A stretch of DNA of 64,000 nt from Squalus acanthias (lineage: Eukaryota): positions 34,164,001-34,228,000 of the forward strand of contig CM059432.1 of assembly GCA_030390025.1 (NCBI GenBank), in the 5' to 3' direction. A program made the translations under genes and the position numbers. The notes beneath the pieces are model-generated. The model saw only the letters and a program-made list of their open reading frames with translations. It searched no databases and had not been told where the DNA came from. Positions 34,218-47,372 of this stretch are shown piece after piece (position 1 is the stretch's first letter; the number at the start of each line of letters is the position of its first letter).

Positions 34218-35348
34218 ATCAGAATGGACAGTGATCCTGCACCTTGACACGACTGTGCAGGGACAACCTCGGGTTTGGCAGAACCAAGATTAGGAATTTG
34301 GGTTTGTCTGTCTGGTGGATTCTTGGCCTTTGTCAACAGTTGGGAGCAGCAGGGTGTTGGCCTGATAGCATGGCTTTGCAAGATTCAAAGAGATCTCTGC
34401 GGACATTGATTGAAATGTTTTGTTTCCTGGAAAATAAGTAATTATTGTTTTCCTGCAAAAAATAAATGTCCTGGCTGCATAAATAAATATACAGATTGCA
34501 GTTTGTTTCTGTCTCTCTGAAACAGTAAATAAACACAGGACTGCTAGAATCATCAAGTCATTGAATTTCACAGCACCTACAGGTCCATTTGGCCCATTGT
34601 GTCTGTGCCAGCTCTCTGAAAGAGCTGCCCATTTAGTCCCATTCCTCTGCCCATTGCTCATACCCTTTAAAAAATGTATTTTACAAATATTTATCCACTC
34701 CTCTTTTAAAAGCGACTCGTCAATCGCCTGTGACTTTGCACATGGTTGGACTCTCTCTGTTAGCGTCTTTCGCTGTTTCCCTCTTTCCTCTTCTGCTCCT
34801 GTCTCACTCTTCTGCTCCTCTCCCCATAACTCTTCTGTTTGCTTCTTGCTGTCTTTTTCACCTTTTCTTTCCTTTCAGGTAGGAGGTGGTGGGTGTGGTG
34901 TGGGAGGGCAAGGAGCCACCAATGGCTGCTGGTGCTGTATTTGTGGCGGAGGTTGTAAGAAAAATGTGGCCCTCAGCAGCTCCCTTCCAATCCACTCCCC
35001 CAATCACTCGTGTGTCCCCACACCTCTCGTTTCCATTGCACTCTGTACCTCTTCACCTTCCCACTACCAATTTCCCAACCTACCACTCCCTTCACTCCCA
35101 TTACTACCCCTACCTCTTCCCCTTTGAACTACCCGCTCAACCTCTTGTATGCTCCCCTACCTCTTACACCACTGTGACCCTTAACCCTCCTTCCTCACCC
35201 CGCAATGACACTCATTCCCCCCCAGAGGCCACTAACCCTCAATCAGTTTCTGCCATTCATCCTCCTACCCTCCTGTTTCCTTCAAAAAGACTTTGCTTTC
35301 AAAATTCAACTTACATTTTTTTTTTAAAGAAACCAACTTAGAAGGGTA

Positions 35349-35740
35349 TGGGAGTGTAGTGGTCATGTTACTGGATGTAATCCAGAGAACATGAGTTCAA
35401 ATCCCACCATGGCAGTTTGAGAATTTGAATTCAAGCAATCGGGAATTAAAAAGCTGGTATCAGTAAAAATGACCATGAAGCTGTCGGATTGTCATACAAA
35501 CCCAAATGTTTCACTACTGTCCTTTAGGGAAGGAAACCTGCTGTCCTTACACGGTCTGGGCCTATATTTGACTCCAGTCCCACATCAACGCGATTGATTC
35601 TTACCTGCCCTCTCAAATGGCCTCGCAAGCACGCACCAGTTCAAGAAGGAGGCCCATCACCATCTTCTCAAGGCGACTAGGGACGGGTAATAAATGCCAG
35701 CCTTGCCAGCGACGCCCACACCCTGAGAATGAATTTTTTT
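35349..35740 (+). mobile_element. tRNA-derived SINE
   Basis: A/B-box-like head (tgtagtggtcatgttactgga...gagttcaaatccc); tail taaatgccagccttgccagcgacgcccaca shared with 20750-20790. Confidence 0.7.
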
Positions 35741-37744
35741 TGAAATGAGAAAAAAGCTGTCTGACTTTCTCTCAATTTGTGTCCGTCACTGCCTCTCCCT
35801 CTGCCAGGCGGCAGTGAGCAGGAGCAGTCCTGCTCCTCCTGGCTCCACAGGAAGGATTTCTTCAAAAATAAAAGTTCCTTTTGATGGAGGTTTCTGCTTA
35901 GGCTGCAGAGATCATTGAAGAATCCTGAGCGGTGCAGGCCCGGAGTCTGTTCCCCTCATCGGAATCCAATTTATCAAAGGGAGCCTAAAAAAGGTGCTCG
36001 GCCCTTCAGTGACATTCATAAGGGGCCGAACGCCTGTTTTAGGATATTGCCAGGGATGCCTGAAAAATGGCCCGATCTAATATAGGTTTATTTCGTTTGT
36101 CCTTGAGGCATCCTAGGGTATTAAAAGAAATAAAGGAAGAAATTGCAGATGTCACTCCGTTACTTAAGAAGGCTGAGCAGAACTGCCAGCACAAATACTT
36201 AAAGCATATCCAGCATACGTGGACTGCACTCAATTTCTCCCAGAAGAAACAAACGTCAATGAAATGCAAAGCAACCTATAGCCGCAGGCTCCTTGACCAC
36301 AAGCAGGCTTCTGACCAAAATTATTAATGAAATACAATTTTAATTGTAGTATTATAAGGATTACATTTTTCCTATATTTACTGTGTTAGTAAGCTTATTT
36401 TGAAGGTTAGAAATGATTACTGCAAAACAAAAGATGGTAGATGAAACTATTTTGATTGTTTTGACGTGATTGGTTGAGCTCCTGTTTCTTGTTTCTATTG
36501 GTAGGCTTCTGAATTATTCCCAGTAACCGAATTCTGATTTGTTGGAGCCAAAAGGAATTAAAGAAAAGTCATGGAATTTACATAAATTAGCCTCATTTCT
36601 TTATCATTAGCTAATCCAAGTGTGACGGATAATTGTGACTGGAAAGTGACAGTCACATGACAGGAAGTGTGCACAGATGTACTGTTTTATAATATAGGTA
36701 GATACGCAGACAGATACACGCAGACAGTCACATAGACATAGGAACAGACACAGACTGACAATCAGATACTATTGCAAAAAACAGCACGACATATATCGAC
36801 AGAATATCACTCGACCACGGTTTTTTTGCCCCGGAATAATGTGCACACAGTCAGTCGATTATAAGACAACCGTGCATTCCACAGTGTGCACTCAGAGTCG
36901 TGTGAGGCTGACAGAAGAGTTGGGCTTAAGATGAACTGTCACAAACTACTGGCATCAGGTACAAGAAAAACATTTTTTTTAAGGAAAATATGTAATTATG
37001 ATGCCCAGCTTGTCTGTTTAATACTGACACCTAAATATTTTGCTTCTGCAATTCAGACCAAAGTATGGCTGTTTATATAAGGACTTCAAGTTTATTACGC
37101 AAACAACTGAGACACCAGGGTCAATGATATGAGATGAAGCTCCGGGCATGAAAACTTGTTTGTTATCAGCAAGGATCAGAGAATCAGACACAGTGGTGAT
37201 TGCATCACATTTTACCCTGTTCCCAATTCCACAGTCATTCATTCTAATCAGGAGTGCTGTGAATCAGGCCTGCCAACCTCTGTGGCCAATTCTCCAATTG
37301 GCAGTGCCAGTGAGCGAGGCTCCATGTTGGGTCCTCAACGAGCACTAATGAACTTGTCTGAAGTCCACGGCTAGGCCTCGGGCACACCTGATTCGTGGCG
37401 CTCCTGAATAAAATTAATAAGCGCAGAATTGGGAGCACCATTAAATGATTCAGGGAGCCACAGTCAGAAAATAAACAAAACAAAGATTTTTTCTTTATTT
37501 AATGGTATCAGGACTTGCATTGATATTTCTGAACTTCTAATTGGTTAATTTCCTTCCCTCATCCCTGACAACGTCAACTCTTGGCCGGAGTACGATTCTA
37601 CAAGCACCGAGACGCCCTCTGCCAACTCCCCCAAGTGCTGTTCTTCACATTGGAGCAGTGAGAGTCGACAGACTGTTTGATTGTGGTGGGTCTCACAGCC
37701 GAGCCGGTTCCTGTGCCCAAGTCCACACACAAAACAAGCTTATC

Positions 37745-39402
37745 TTAGCCATGGAACCCAACTCCTGCTCTCTTGACGCTATTCCCACTAAACTGCTGAC
37801 CAAGCAACTTTCCTTTCTGGCCCCCAAGCTAGCTGATATTGTAAATGGTTCCCTCTCCTCTGGTTAAGTCCAGCTCCCTTTCAAATCTGCCATCATCACT
37901 GTGCTCCTCAAACCCTTAATCCTTAACTCCTCCGTCCTTGCAAACTACCGCCCCTTCTCCAACCACCCTTTCCTCTCTATGTCCTTGAACGAGTTGTCAC
38001 CTCCCAAATATGTGCCCACCTTTCCCGCAACGCCATGCTTAAACCTCACCAAACAGGTTTTCGCCCCTGCCACAGCACTGAAAGGACCCGAATCAAATTC
38101 ACAGATGACATCCTATGCGACCATGGTTGTAAAGCGCCTTGGGATGTCCTGCGGTCATGAAAGGTGCTATATAAATGCAAGTCTTTCTTTCTTTTGGTAC
38201 ACTATTCCTCCTTTTCCTTCCCCACCTGTCTCCAGCCTTTGGCATAGTTGACCACACCATCTTCCTCCATTGCCTCTCCTCCGTTATCCATCTGAGTGGG
38301 ACTGCCATCGCCTGCTTCCATTCTTATTGATCCAGGCAAAGCCAGAGAATCTCCTATAATGGCTTCTGGCTTCCCGCTCCATTACCTCTGGAGTCACACA
38401 CGGATCTATCCTTGGCCCCCTCATATTTCTCATCTACATGCTGCCCCTCATTGACAACATCTGAAAACACAATGCCAGGTTCCATATGTACACTCAATGC
38501 TACCACACCTCCACCTCTCTCAACCCCTCCCAATATCTGTGTTGTCAGGCTGCTTATCTGACATCCAGTACTGGATGAACAGATATTTCCTTCAATTAAG
38601 CATTGGGTAGAGCAAAGCCATTGTCTTCAGCCCCCACCACAAACTTCGTTCCATAACCACCAATTCCATTCCCCTCCCTGGCAGCTGTCTCAGGCTGAAC
38701 CAGACTGTTTGCAGCCTCGGCATCCTATTTGACCCGGAACTGAGGCTCTGACCCCATATCCTCTCCATCACCAAGACCGCCTACTTCCATCTCCATAATA
38801 TCGCCCACCTCCACCCCTGCCTCGGCCCATCAGCTGCTGAATCCCTCTTCCATGCTTTAGTTACCTCTAGACTCGACTATTCCAATGCCCTCCTGGCCGA
38901 CCTCCCATCCTCCATAAACTTGAGCTCATCCAAAACGCTGCTGCCCGTATCCTAACTCGAACCAAGTCTTGTTCACCTCTGCTCACTGACCAATGTTGGC
39001 TCCTGGTTCACCAATGCCTCAATTTAAAATTCTAATCCTTGTGTTCAAATCCCTCCCTATCTCTGTAACTTCCTCGAGCCGTACAACTTTCCGAAAACTC
39101 TGCATTTCTCCAATTTGGCCTCTTGTGCATCTCCCACTTCCTTCGCCCCAACATTGGCAGCTGTGCGTTCAGCTGTTTGGGCCACAAGCTCTGGAATTCC
39201 CTCTCTAAACTTCTCCGCTTCTCCACCTCTCTCTCTTCCTTTAAGACACTCCTTAAAACCTAGCTTTTTAACCAAGCTTTTGGTCACCTGTCCTAATGCC
39301 TCCTTTTTTAGCTCAGTGTCAATTTTTGTCTGATGACGCTCCTGTGAAGCACCTTGGGAAGTTTTCCAATGATAAAAGTGCTATATAAATGAAAGTTGTT
39401 GC
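37745..39402 (+). mobile_element. Old L2-clade LINE fragment
   Basis: [61 protein letters not shown]; tail gctatataaatgaaagttgttg. Confidence 0.85.
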
Positions 39403-39627
39403 TTTGCATTGAAGTATCAGCCCAAATTACCTGCTCAAGTCTCTGGAGTGGGGCTTGAACCCACATCCTTCTAACTCAGAGATGACATTAATGAGCCAAG
39501 GCCGATTCCTAGGCATTTATTCATTGTATTGAAACTAATCAGAAAGGCCTACCTTCATTAGACAAAGTGCCATGTAATAGAATATTACTTATGTCATGGT
39601 TTTGGTAATGTACCTGATGTACCTAAT

Positions 39628-40456
39628 GGGCTGGATTTTGTCAATGGGGACGTGATGGAGGCGGGACTCCCACTTTTTGGGTTGTAGTCCCGCCTCCATC
39701 GACTTGTGGCCAACCCACTGTATTTTCCCTTGATTGACCTTGTTAAGCCCGCCCAGCGGGCTCAGCAGGCCAATCAAGGGTCCCTTGGATACAGGTGACG
39801 TCAGCCATTGAAATTTCATCTGTCAAGAGCTTTTGACAGATGAAATTTCAGCGTTTGACAGCTCTGTGAAGCTGTCAAACACTGACAATATGATTTCTAA
39901 CTTGAGTCCCTGTACTTAGACTCAGTTAGAAATCAATCCAGCACAGAAAGCAGAGACTGCAGCTTTTGACAGCTCCGCGGCCATTCTGCTTTCTGTGCCG
40001 GTGAGCTGAGGGACTCCCGAGAACTGAAGGGAGGAAGCCTGGAGGAGAAGGTTAAGGTAAGTAAACACTTTACACTCACCAAACACACTTACCTCTGCAC
40101 TCATGCACCCATCACTCACCTACACACCGGACATCTCGACCCCTCCAAGCCCTCCAGACCGACGGTCCGCCTCGCTAAATCGGCGTGGTTCAGGACCTGT
40201 CGAGAAGCCCACACTTCAGGGCTAAAAATAGGGATTAGGCAAAAAACTGCCTGTTAACTACCTGTTAACAGGCAGTTTATTGGCACTAATCCCCTTCCCG
40301 CCTCGGGGAGGCGGGTCCCAGCACAGGTCGGGTACCCGCCTCCTGGGAAACTGGCATGGAGGCGGGGTGGGGATGGGTTCGGGACCCCCGAATCTGCTAT
40401 TTTCCCACCCCACACACCTCCAAACCCGCCTCCACGGGCCGGTGAAAATTGAGCCC
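39628..40456. mobile_element. Harbinger-type MITE
   Basis: Ends GGGCTGGATTTT and AAAATTGAGCCC; TSD AAT (39625-39627 and 40457-40459); near-identical inverted copy at 48322-49166. Confidence 0.92.
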
Positions 40457-40998
40457 AATGTCTTCGAAACAGTCTTGTATCCCCTCTTCCACTTTTAGCA
40501 TCTTGGAGACAGGAGTTTGTTTTTAGATTGAGAAAGCTTGCTGCATGGTACCATCAAAGTGGAAGAGAAGGTGGGAGAAATCAGCACACAAATAGTTAGG
40601 GAACTGACTCCCTCTGAGGCAATGCTGCAAACAAAGGCCAGTTCCTTCTTTGCTGTAAAAGAAGACAGTCGATCATATACACAGCATGAATCGATCGCCT
40701 TTTTTAATTACTGAGATACCAAGGTGAATGGTCAAGGCCCACAGTGTAGAAAAATACCGAAGTTGAGAGGAGTGGGAGAAAAGGAAAAGTAAGTTGTTAG
40801 GTAGATTCGTGCTTGGGTTTTAAAGTCTCGAGATTGTAGGAGAAAGGGTGACTGAGGGAGCTAAGCAGTTCTACGGTGTTGAGGTCCTGAGAAAGAATGA
40901 GTTGGAGTCGGGTCTTGTACCTTGAAAGTGAGCTGTTTGAAACCTTAATGTGTTTGTATGCAACTCCTTTGTCACCATTTTGCTAAAGTGAACATATT

Positions 40999-41753
40999 GG
41001 CCCAGAAATTTGACTCGGAGGCTTGCCGCGGGGGTAAGGATCGCGCGCGATATCACACTCCGCGCCGGCCGTTGTGTTTTGGGCCCACAGGAACTTCGGG
41101 TCCTGGGCCTCTCCCTAGTGCCGGCGCGCAGTGTGTGCGTGTCCCAGGGGCGCAGTTAGTGCGATGCGACCTCTGGGATCACGTGGGCCATGGAGAGCCA
41201 ATGGCAGCAGACCATCTTTCATTCATAGATTTGACAGGAGACCTGTCAAATCTGTGAATTGAAAGAGACCCCAAAAGAACAGCTAAACCTCAAATAAATT
41301 TTTTTTAAAACCCATCACATTAACAAAATAACAATAGTTAAATAAATTAACCACTTTAAACAAAAATGTAAATTTTTGAAAAAATTTAAAAAAAAATTAA
41401 AAGTTATAAAAATAAACTTACCTTTCTTTAAAGTCTCTAAAAAAGATAAACCTGTTGAAAAAAATTAAAAATTATACTTAATTAACTACTTACCTTGTTC
41501 AAAAGGGGTCTTACGCCTCCTTTTCTCTTGTGTAAAATCTTCCATACTTACCCTCGCGTTGAAACCTGAAAAAAAATCTAAGTTTGCTGCGTGCGCACAG
41601 CCTGTAGTGCGCACGCGGTTCACCTAGGAACCGCCCCCTTCGCCATACCGGAAGTGCCAGTTTCCCGCGCATGCGCAGTGCATGCAGGAAACCGGCACTT
41701 CGGGACCGAATACGGGTGAGTACACTCTCCGTATTCGGCCGAATTTTTGGGCC
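40999..41753. mobile_element. Harbinger-type MITE (family of 56170-56932)
   Basis: Ends GGCCCAGAAATT and AATTTTTGGGCC; TSD ATT (40996-40998 and 41754-41756). Confidence 0.92.
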
Positions 41754-41824
41754 ATTAAGGTGAGTTTGACTGATTATAGTCATACTGCAGTGATGCACAG
41801 CCAAAATGGTGCAAGACTAAATAA

Positions 41825-42275
41825 AGAACATTCATTTATATAGCACCTTTCATTACATCAGGACGTCCCAAAGTATTTTATAACCAATGAAGTACTCTTG
41901 AAGTGTAGTCACTGTTGTAATGTAGGAAATGGAGCAACCACTTTGTACACAGCAAGGTCCCACAAACAGCAATAGGATAATAACCAGATAATCTGTTTTT
42001 AGTGATGTTGTTTGAGGGATAGATATTCATCAGGGAGAACTCCCTTCCTCTTCTTAGAATAGTGCCATGGGATATTTTACGTTCACCTGAGAGAGCAGAC
42101 ATGGCCTCGGTTTAACATCTCATCTGAAAGACGGCACCTCCAACAATGCAGCACTCCCTCAGTGCTGCACTGGAGTGTCAGCCTAGATTTGGCCTCAAGT
42201 CTCTGGAGTGGGACTTGAACCAATAACCTTCTGACTTAGAGGCAAGAATGCTACCAGTTAGCCACGGCTAACACG
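41825..42275 (-). mobile_element. Deu-domain SINE
   Basis: Reverse complement of the SINE at 4389-5055, including tRNA-like head and L2-like tail. Confidence 0.8.
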
Positions 42276-42322
42276 ACTAACTCCTACTAAACCAATCACC
42301 CAGAGATAGATTACCACAGATT

Positions 42323-43216
42323 GGGGTAAAAATTCAGTTGGTTGCGCCTCCCGTTAGCGCCTTAAGAGGGCGCTAATGGGGCGCAAAGCCGCTAACGCCC
42401 GGGCGCAGCGATGTTTGCACCGCTCGAGAACTTAACTTGAGATTGTGCGGCGGCGCTAAAACTTACCGCTGCGACCACCTGCGCGCGCAGATTGTGACGT
42501 CATTCCATGGTGCAACGTCCTTGTGGCGCCCCGGAGCGGAAATTGAGTGGCGCCCCCTGCCTTACCGCCTGGCGCATCCAACGACCAGAAGACTGGAACG
42601 CTATCAATCGCTGTGGGGCTGGGGGGGGGCGCTATTTAAAGGGGGCCTCTTCCTGTCTTTTATTGTTGGTGGCATTTTTGAACTACGCATTCTGAGAGAG
42701 AGAGGGAGAGACTTCTGGAGAGATTCAACGTTGTGGGAAGGAGTTTTGGGTACTGAGCAGCACTTTGCAGGTTCATTTTGATTTGCCATTCCTTGTATCG
42801 ATTTAGCAGAGACTGTGGGAGCTGCACTCTGAGCTCTTTGCCTGGTACTCTCCATTGTTCTTTCCAGCACATTTGATGTGCAAGTCTCTCCAGGCCGAGA
42901 TTCAAGGCTGCAATGAACAGGATGTGGATGGAAAGCAAGATTAACCATCCCCTTTAAGGACTGGCCCGTGCCATTGTGTGTGTGTTCCATTGCTGACTGA
43001 CATTGCATGAGCTTCGCCAGCGCTCTGAGGTAGCGCCTCACTCCTTGGCCTTTGCGCCTTAAGACAGGTGTGCAGCGCCTGATTTAGCGCTCCGCTCACC
43101 TCCCGGGGCGGTAAAAGTGAAGTTTCCAGTCAGTGCCGATAATTAGCGCCAGGCGCTAATATTTGCGTCCAGACGATATTTGCGCCCCAAATGGGGCGCA
43201 ACCTAATTTCTACCCC
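42323..43216. mobile_element. Non-autonomous deletion derivative of element B (894 bp)
   Basis: Same TIRs as 7501-11778; about 400 bp left and 350 bp right are highly similar to B; TSD ATT (42320-42322 and 43217-43219); both ORFs absent. Confidence 0.93.
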
Positions 43217-43234
43217 ATTATTTCTTAAACCTGT

Positions 43235-43406
43235 GGGGTGAAATTGATATTCGGCAAAAACGCGAAATGGGAGATAACGAATCGGCAGCCTGTTTTACAC
43301 CATGCCCAATTTTCTTCTCCATCAAAGTCAATGGGCGTGGTATAAAACGGGCTGCCGATTTGCTATCAGCCATTGCGCATTTTCGCCAAAGGCCAATTTC
43401 ACACCC
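43235..43406. mobile_element. Small palindromic Harbinger-type MITE (172 bp)
   Basis: GGGGTGAAATT...AATTTCACACCC; internal arms aatcggcagcctgttttacacc / ggtataaaacgggctgccgatt; TSD TGT. Confidence 0.8.
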
Positions 43407-43875
43407 TGTTTGTTGTGCATCTTGCAGTTTTCAGTTTATGGGGTGTCTATGCTGGGGAATGGAACACTTTCCATGTCACAGCATCCAGTATCAGCACCAA
43501 GCACTCCCAGTTCAGGTATAGCATAATCTGTTTTATCAAGCTCTTCCAGTTCAGGTATCGTAGCATCAGTTGCAGAGTACATTTCCTCTACACTAACCAA
43601 CAGCATGCTTCAGTGCAAACCTCAGAAGCAGTGGGGCACTTCCATCTCCCGTCCTAGCCATCCTGTGCTCTCTCTGAGTAAGATTGTCAATTGCCAATTT
43701 TGTCAATGAGGAACTAGAAACTGGGTCAACACTACTTCACATCGGATCTTCACAGCAAGCAGAAACTTTCATCCATTACTCTGAGCTGGATGTGAACCCA
43801 GGTCTCCGATGTGAAACGTCAGTATTTAACCTACTGTACTGTCCAGTCTGCCCATCCACTACAGTTCTAGCCATT

Positions 43876-44062
43876 TTATTCTATATATAAACCATCTGAA
43901 CCCCTCGTTTAGATTCCAGCCTGTAACTCACTCCCAGGTATTCATTATTCTATATATAAACCACCTGAACCCCTCAATTAGATTCCAGCCTGTAACTCAC
44001 TCCCAGGTATTCATTATTCTATATATAAACCATCTGAGCGTTTTGATTGGATTTCAGCCTGC
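43876..44062. repeat. 69-bp tandem repeat (about 2.7 copies)
   Basis: Unit ttattctatatataaaccatctgaacccctcgtttagattccagcctgtaactcactcccaggtattca. Confidence 0.88.
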
Positions 44063-44487
44063 AATGCCTGCTTATCCATTGTTCCGAGAGTCTTTAGTAA
44101 CAGTTAATTACTGGTACTGTGTTACAGTGCTGCTGTAACCTGTATTTGCCCAGTTGAGTCATTGCATTGAGTTTACATTCCTACAAATCAGGTGTGTGAG
44201 TGTTAAACAGAATTAAGCAGTTATCTGATCAGACATCCAGCCTAAATAAACAAGGTACAGTCAAGGCTCAGGTGCTGTCGCTCAGTTTGAAAGGAGCATC
44301 TAAGAAAATGCTGTGTGCTTCTGCTCATTGGGGTTCAATTGCACATGTGTACAGTATATCTGCATTATAGACATCCCGTTAATCATCATTGATGATAGAG
44401 GGATTTGAAGGTGAGGCCAAGGATTTTAAATTCGATTTGTTGGGGGACAGGGAGCCTGATGTCCAAACAAGAACCTAATGTCCTCCT

Positions 44488-45282
44488 TATCACCGCATCT
44501 AGCAGTTTTTTTTTAATGATCCCAAAGATTTTGTCTCCACTACCATAACGCATGTTGACTACTCTTTGAGATAGAGCTTCCTGACACCAGTCCTACATCA
44601 GCCCTAAATTTGGCTTGAACCTGTGTCGCCTTACCCTCCTCTCGTAGCCTAATTTGAAGTAGTGTTTCAGAACTTTCATACTGTTTACTTTTTTTTTAAT
44701 TGATGTGGCTGTCACTGGCAAGGTTGACAATTATTGCCCATCCCTAGTTGCCTTCTTGAATTGTAACAGTTTGATACAACTGAGGTGCCTGCTAGGCCAC
44801 TTCAGAGTCAATCACGTTGGTGTGGGACTGGAATCACTGGGTAAAGACGGCAGGTTTCCTTCCCTAAAGGACATTAGTGAACCAGTCGAGTTTTGACAAC
44901 AATTCAACAGCTTCATGGTCGCTATTGCTGATATCATTTATTTTTATAAGATCCCCTCTAAATAGTCTCCTTTTAAACCTGAAGAGCTTTGGTTGCTCCG
45001 AAGATGATCTCTGACCTCAGGGGATCAGCCTCATGGTTCTCCTCTGCAGTTCCTCTGGAGTTTCAATGGCACCCCTGTCTCGTGACCAGGTTTGGGCACA
45101 GTCCTCCCTATCATCGCATCCAGCATTTAAAAAAAATGATCTCAAGGTTTTTGTCTCCACTACCATAACGCATGTTGACTATTCTTTGAGATAGAGCTTC
45201 CTAACAGCATTCCTACATCAGCCCTAAATTTGGCTTGAACCTGTGTTTCCTTGCCCTCCTCTCGTGGCCTAGTTTGAAGTAG
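44488..45282. repeat. Local direct duplication of about 175 bp (44488-44662 and 45110-45282), probably a decayed CR1 3' segment on minus
   Basis: Both copies share tttgtctccactaccataacgcatgttgacta.tctttgagatagagcttcct...gccctaaatttggcttgaacctgtgt. Confidence 0.8.
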
Positions 45283-45564
45283 CAATCTGGCCTGAGCACT
45301 GTACGGTTTAAGCATGCCTTACTCCGAGACAGTGGTGATGAATTGTAGCACTTTAATGTTCACTCAGTTTGAGTTCAGTGCCTCTGAACTGATCTGAGTC
45401 ACATCAGGGTGTTGGAGGTGGTAATCAGAGGTTGCAGTGTTGTCCCAGCAACAGGTAGGAAGCATTGAAGGGAGAGCCCTGGAAAGCCTAGCAGCTGTCT
45501 GCCCACCATTACGGCTGCATCAGGCCAACGGAGTGAAAAGAATTAGATAAAATATAAAGAAATA

Positions 45565-46245
45565 AGGGGCAAAATTGGGTCACGCCCCCTTTGGGGCGCT
45601 AACTTTGCCGGGGCGCTTCTTTTAGCGCCCCATGCCCGAAATTCACTGGTAGTGCCACAAGAGGAAGGCAGGGCACTACTGGAAGAACCCCGCCTCCCTC
45701 TTGGGGCACTGCGAGTGAATATCGCGGCGCTATGTGCCACGGTACTACAGGCCTTCCTCCCCTTATTGAAGGGCAGGGGCCCAGCGCAGTGCAACCCGGG
45801 GCCCAGCGCTGTGCCACCAGGGATCGGAGTGCCGGCAAAAGAGTCCGGCACTCAAGAGGAGTGCTGGGCTCATGGAGCGCAGCCGGCACCCCGCGGGGGG
45901 GCTTCACAGGAGGCCGGGGACGGCAACAGGGGCAGGTGCTGGCAGGCGGCCAGCAACAAAAATGGTCACCCAGCGCCTCCCCTTTAATTTGCGCCGACCC
46001 GGCCGCAGGTAGGCCCCCCTGACCCTGTCGGACATAGCGTCCGGCGGTAAGTCAGGGGGCGCTACCAAAGATCGCAGCCAGGGCACAGCGCCGCGGGGTG
46101 CTAACGGTTACCGCCACCGTTAACCTCCCACTGAATTTTGCGGGAGGCGTTAGCGGCGCCGCGCCCAGGCGCTAGTTGCTTTGCGCCCTGTTAGTGCTCT
46201 CTTAGGGTGCTAACGGGAGGCACTAATCAACCGAATTTTTCCCCC
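45565..46245. mobile_element. Harbinger-type MITE (family of 21152-21733); ends related to element B in inverted orientation
   Basis: Ends AGGGGCAAAATT and AATTTTTCCCCC; TSD ATA (45562-45564 and 46246-46248); right end reverse-complements to GGGGGAAAAATTCGGTTGATTAGTGCCTCCCGTTAGC, similar to the left end of B. Confidence 0.88.
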
Positions 46246-46249
46246 ATAA

Positions 46250-46380
46250 TGTTCTGACAAAGGGTCCCCGACTCGAAACGTTGACTCTGTTTCTCTCTCC
46301 TCGATGCTGCCTGACCTGCTGAGTGTTTCCAGCATTTTCTGTTGTTATTTCAGATTTCCAGCATCCGCAGTATTTTGCTA
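46250..46380 (+). mobile_element. Penelope-type pseudo-LTR fragment with degenerate hammerhead core
   Basis: gttCTGACAAagggtccccgactcGAAAcgttgact...gatgctgcctgacctgctgagtgtttccagcattttctg; the core lacks G8. Confidence 0.6.
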
Positions 46381-47127
46381 TTGTAAAGAAATAATGTACT
46401 TGCTGAGACTGAACCAGGTGAATTTCCCCTTCCTAGCTTAATGATATGAAAATGTGAAGGATGATTAAGCCTAGAAAGCAATGATAATTGGGAATGTCTA
46501 TTAGATGGGAATGAAACGTAAAAGAAAGAACTCAGGACATCCCAAAGCGCTTCACAGCCAATTAAGTATTTTTGAAGTGTAGTCACTGCTGTAATGTGGC
46601 AGCCAACTTGTGCCTAGCAGGGTCCCACAAACAGCAACAAGATAAGTGGCCAGATCAGCTGTTTTTTTGTGTTGTTAATTGAGGGATAAATACTGGACAG
46701 GACATGAAGTCCATACTCTTCTTTAAATCATGCCATGGGATCTTTTATGTTTACCAGAGTGGGCAGATGGGGCCCTTCTCGGACTTACCGCCTAACTTTG
46801 TCGGAAGTGCAGTGGAAACCCTGTTTACACGTAGAAATGGGGCTTCTGCCACCCTCAACAAAGTTTTAGTGGGGCAGTGGCAGAAGGTCCGATGAAATTC
46901 AGGGCCAGAGTTTATAATGCTGATGATGAAGTTCTATTAATAGGGATTGAACATAATGGTTCTCCCGATCTCCCACTGTTACTGCACTGGAAGATTGAGA
47001 GAAACCCTGCAGAAATGGCAGAAAAGAGCATTTACAGCATGACTCCAAGGTTTCTGCTGAACTCCTGGAAGATTGGGAGAATCCCCACGGAAATTCTAAT
47101 GGGCATGCAATGATGACGAGGAAGGTC

Positions 47128-47372
47128 TTTAATGGGGATTGAACATGGTGTGTATTGATAATAGGGAATGTCTATTAATTGGAATTTGGGAATCAAACAT
47201 GGTGTGTAATGATATTGCGGGATGACTATTAATGGGGATTGAACATGGTCTGTAATGATAATGGGGAACATCTGTTAATAGGGATTAAACATGATGTGTA
47301 ACGAAAATAGGGAACGTCTATTAATTGATATTGAATATAGTGTGTAATGATAATAGGAAAAGTCTATCAATT
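47128..47372. repeat. Degenerate 46-bp tandem repeat (about 5 copies, orphan units near 46480 and 46930)
   Basis: Consensus ttaatggggattgaacatggtgtgtaatgataatagggaatgtcta. Confidence 0.8.

Noticed and set aside
32873..34381. 502-aa Pro-rich repetitive ORF on minus
   Set aside because: Derived from the 30-bp minisatellite; shifts between frames of the unit, which argues against coding constraint
34244..35341. ORFs and exon-like segments downstream of the minisatellite
   Set aside because: An acceptor-like site exists at 34877, but no frame gives a recognisable protein and the ORFs are low-complexity
44488..45282. Duplicated snoRNA or other ncRNA pair
   Set aside because: No C/D or H/ACA architecture seen; the minus strand resembles a decayed CR1 3' segment
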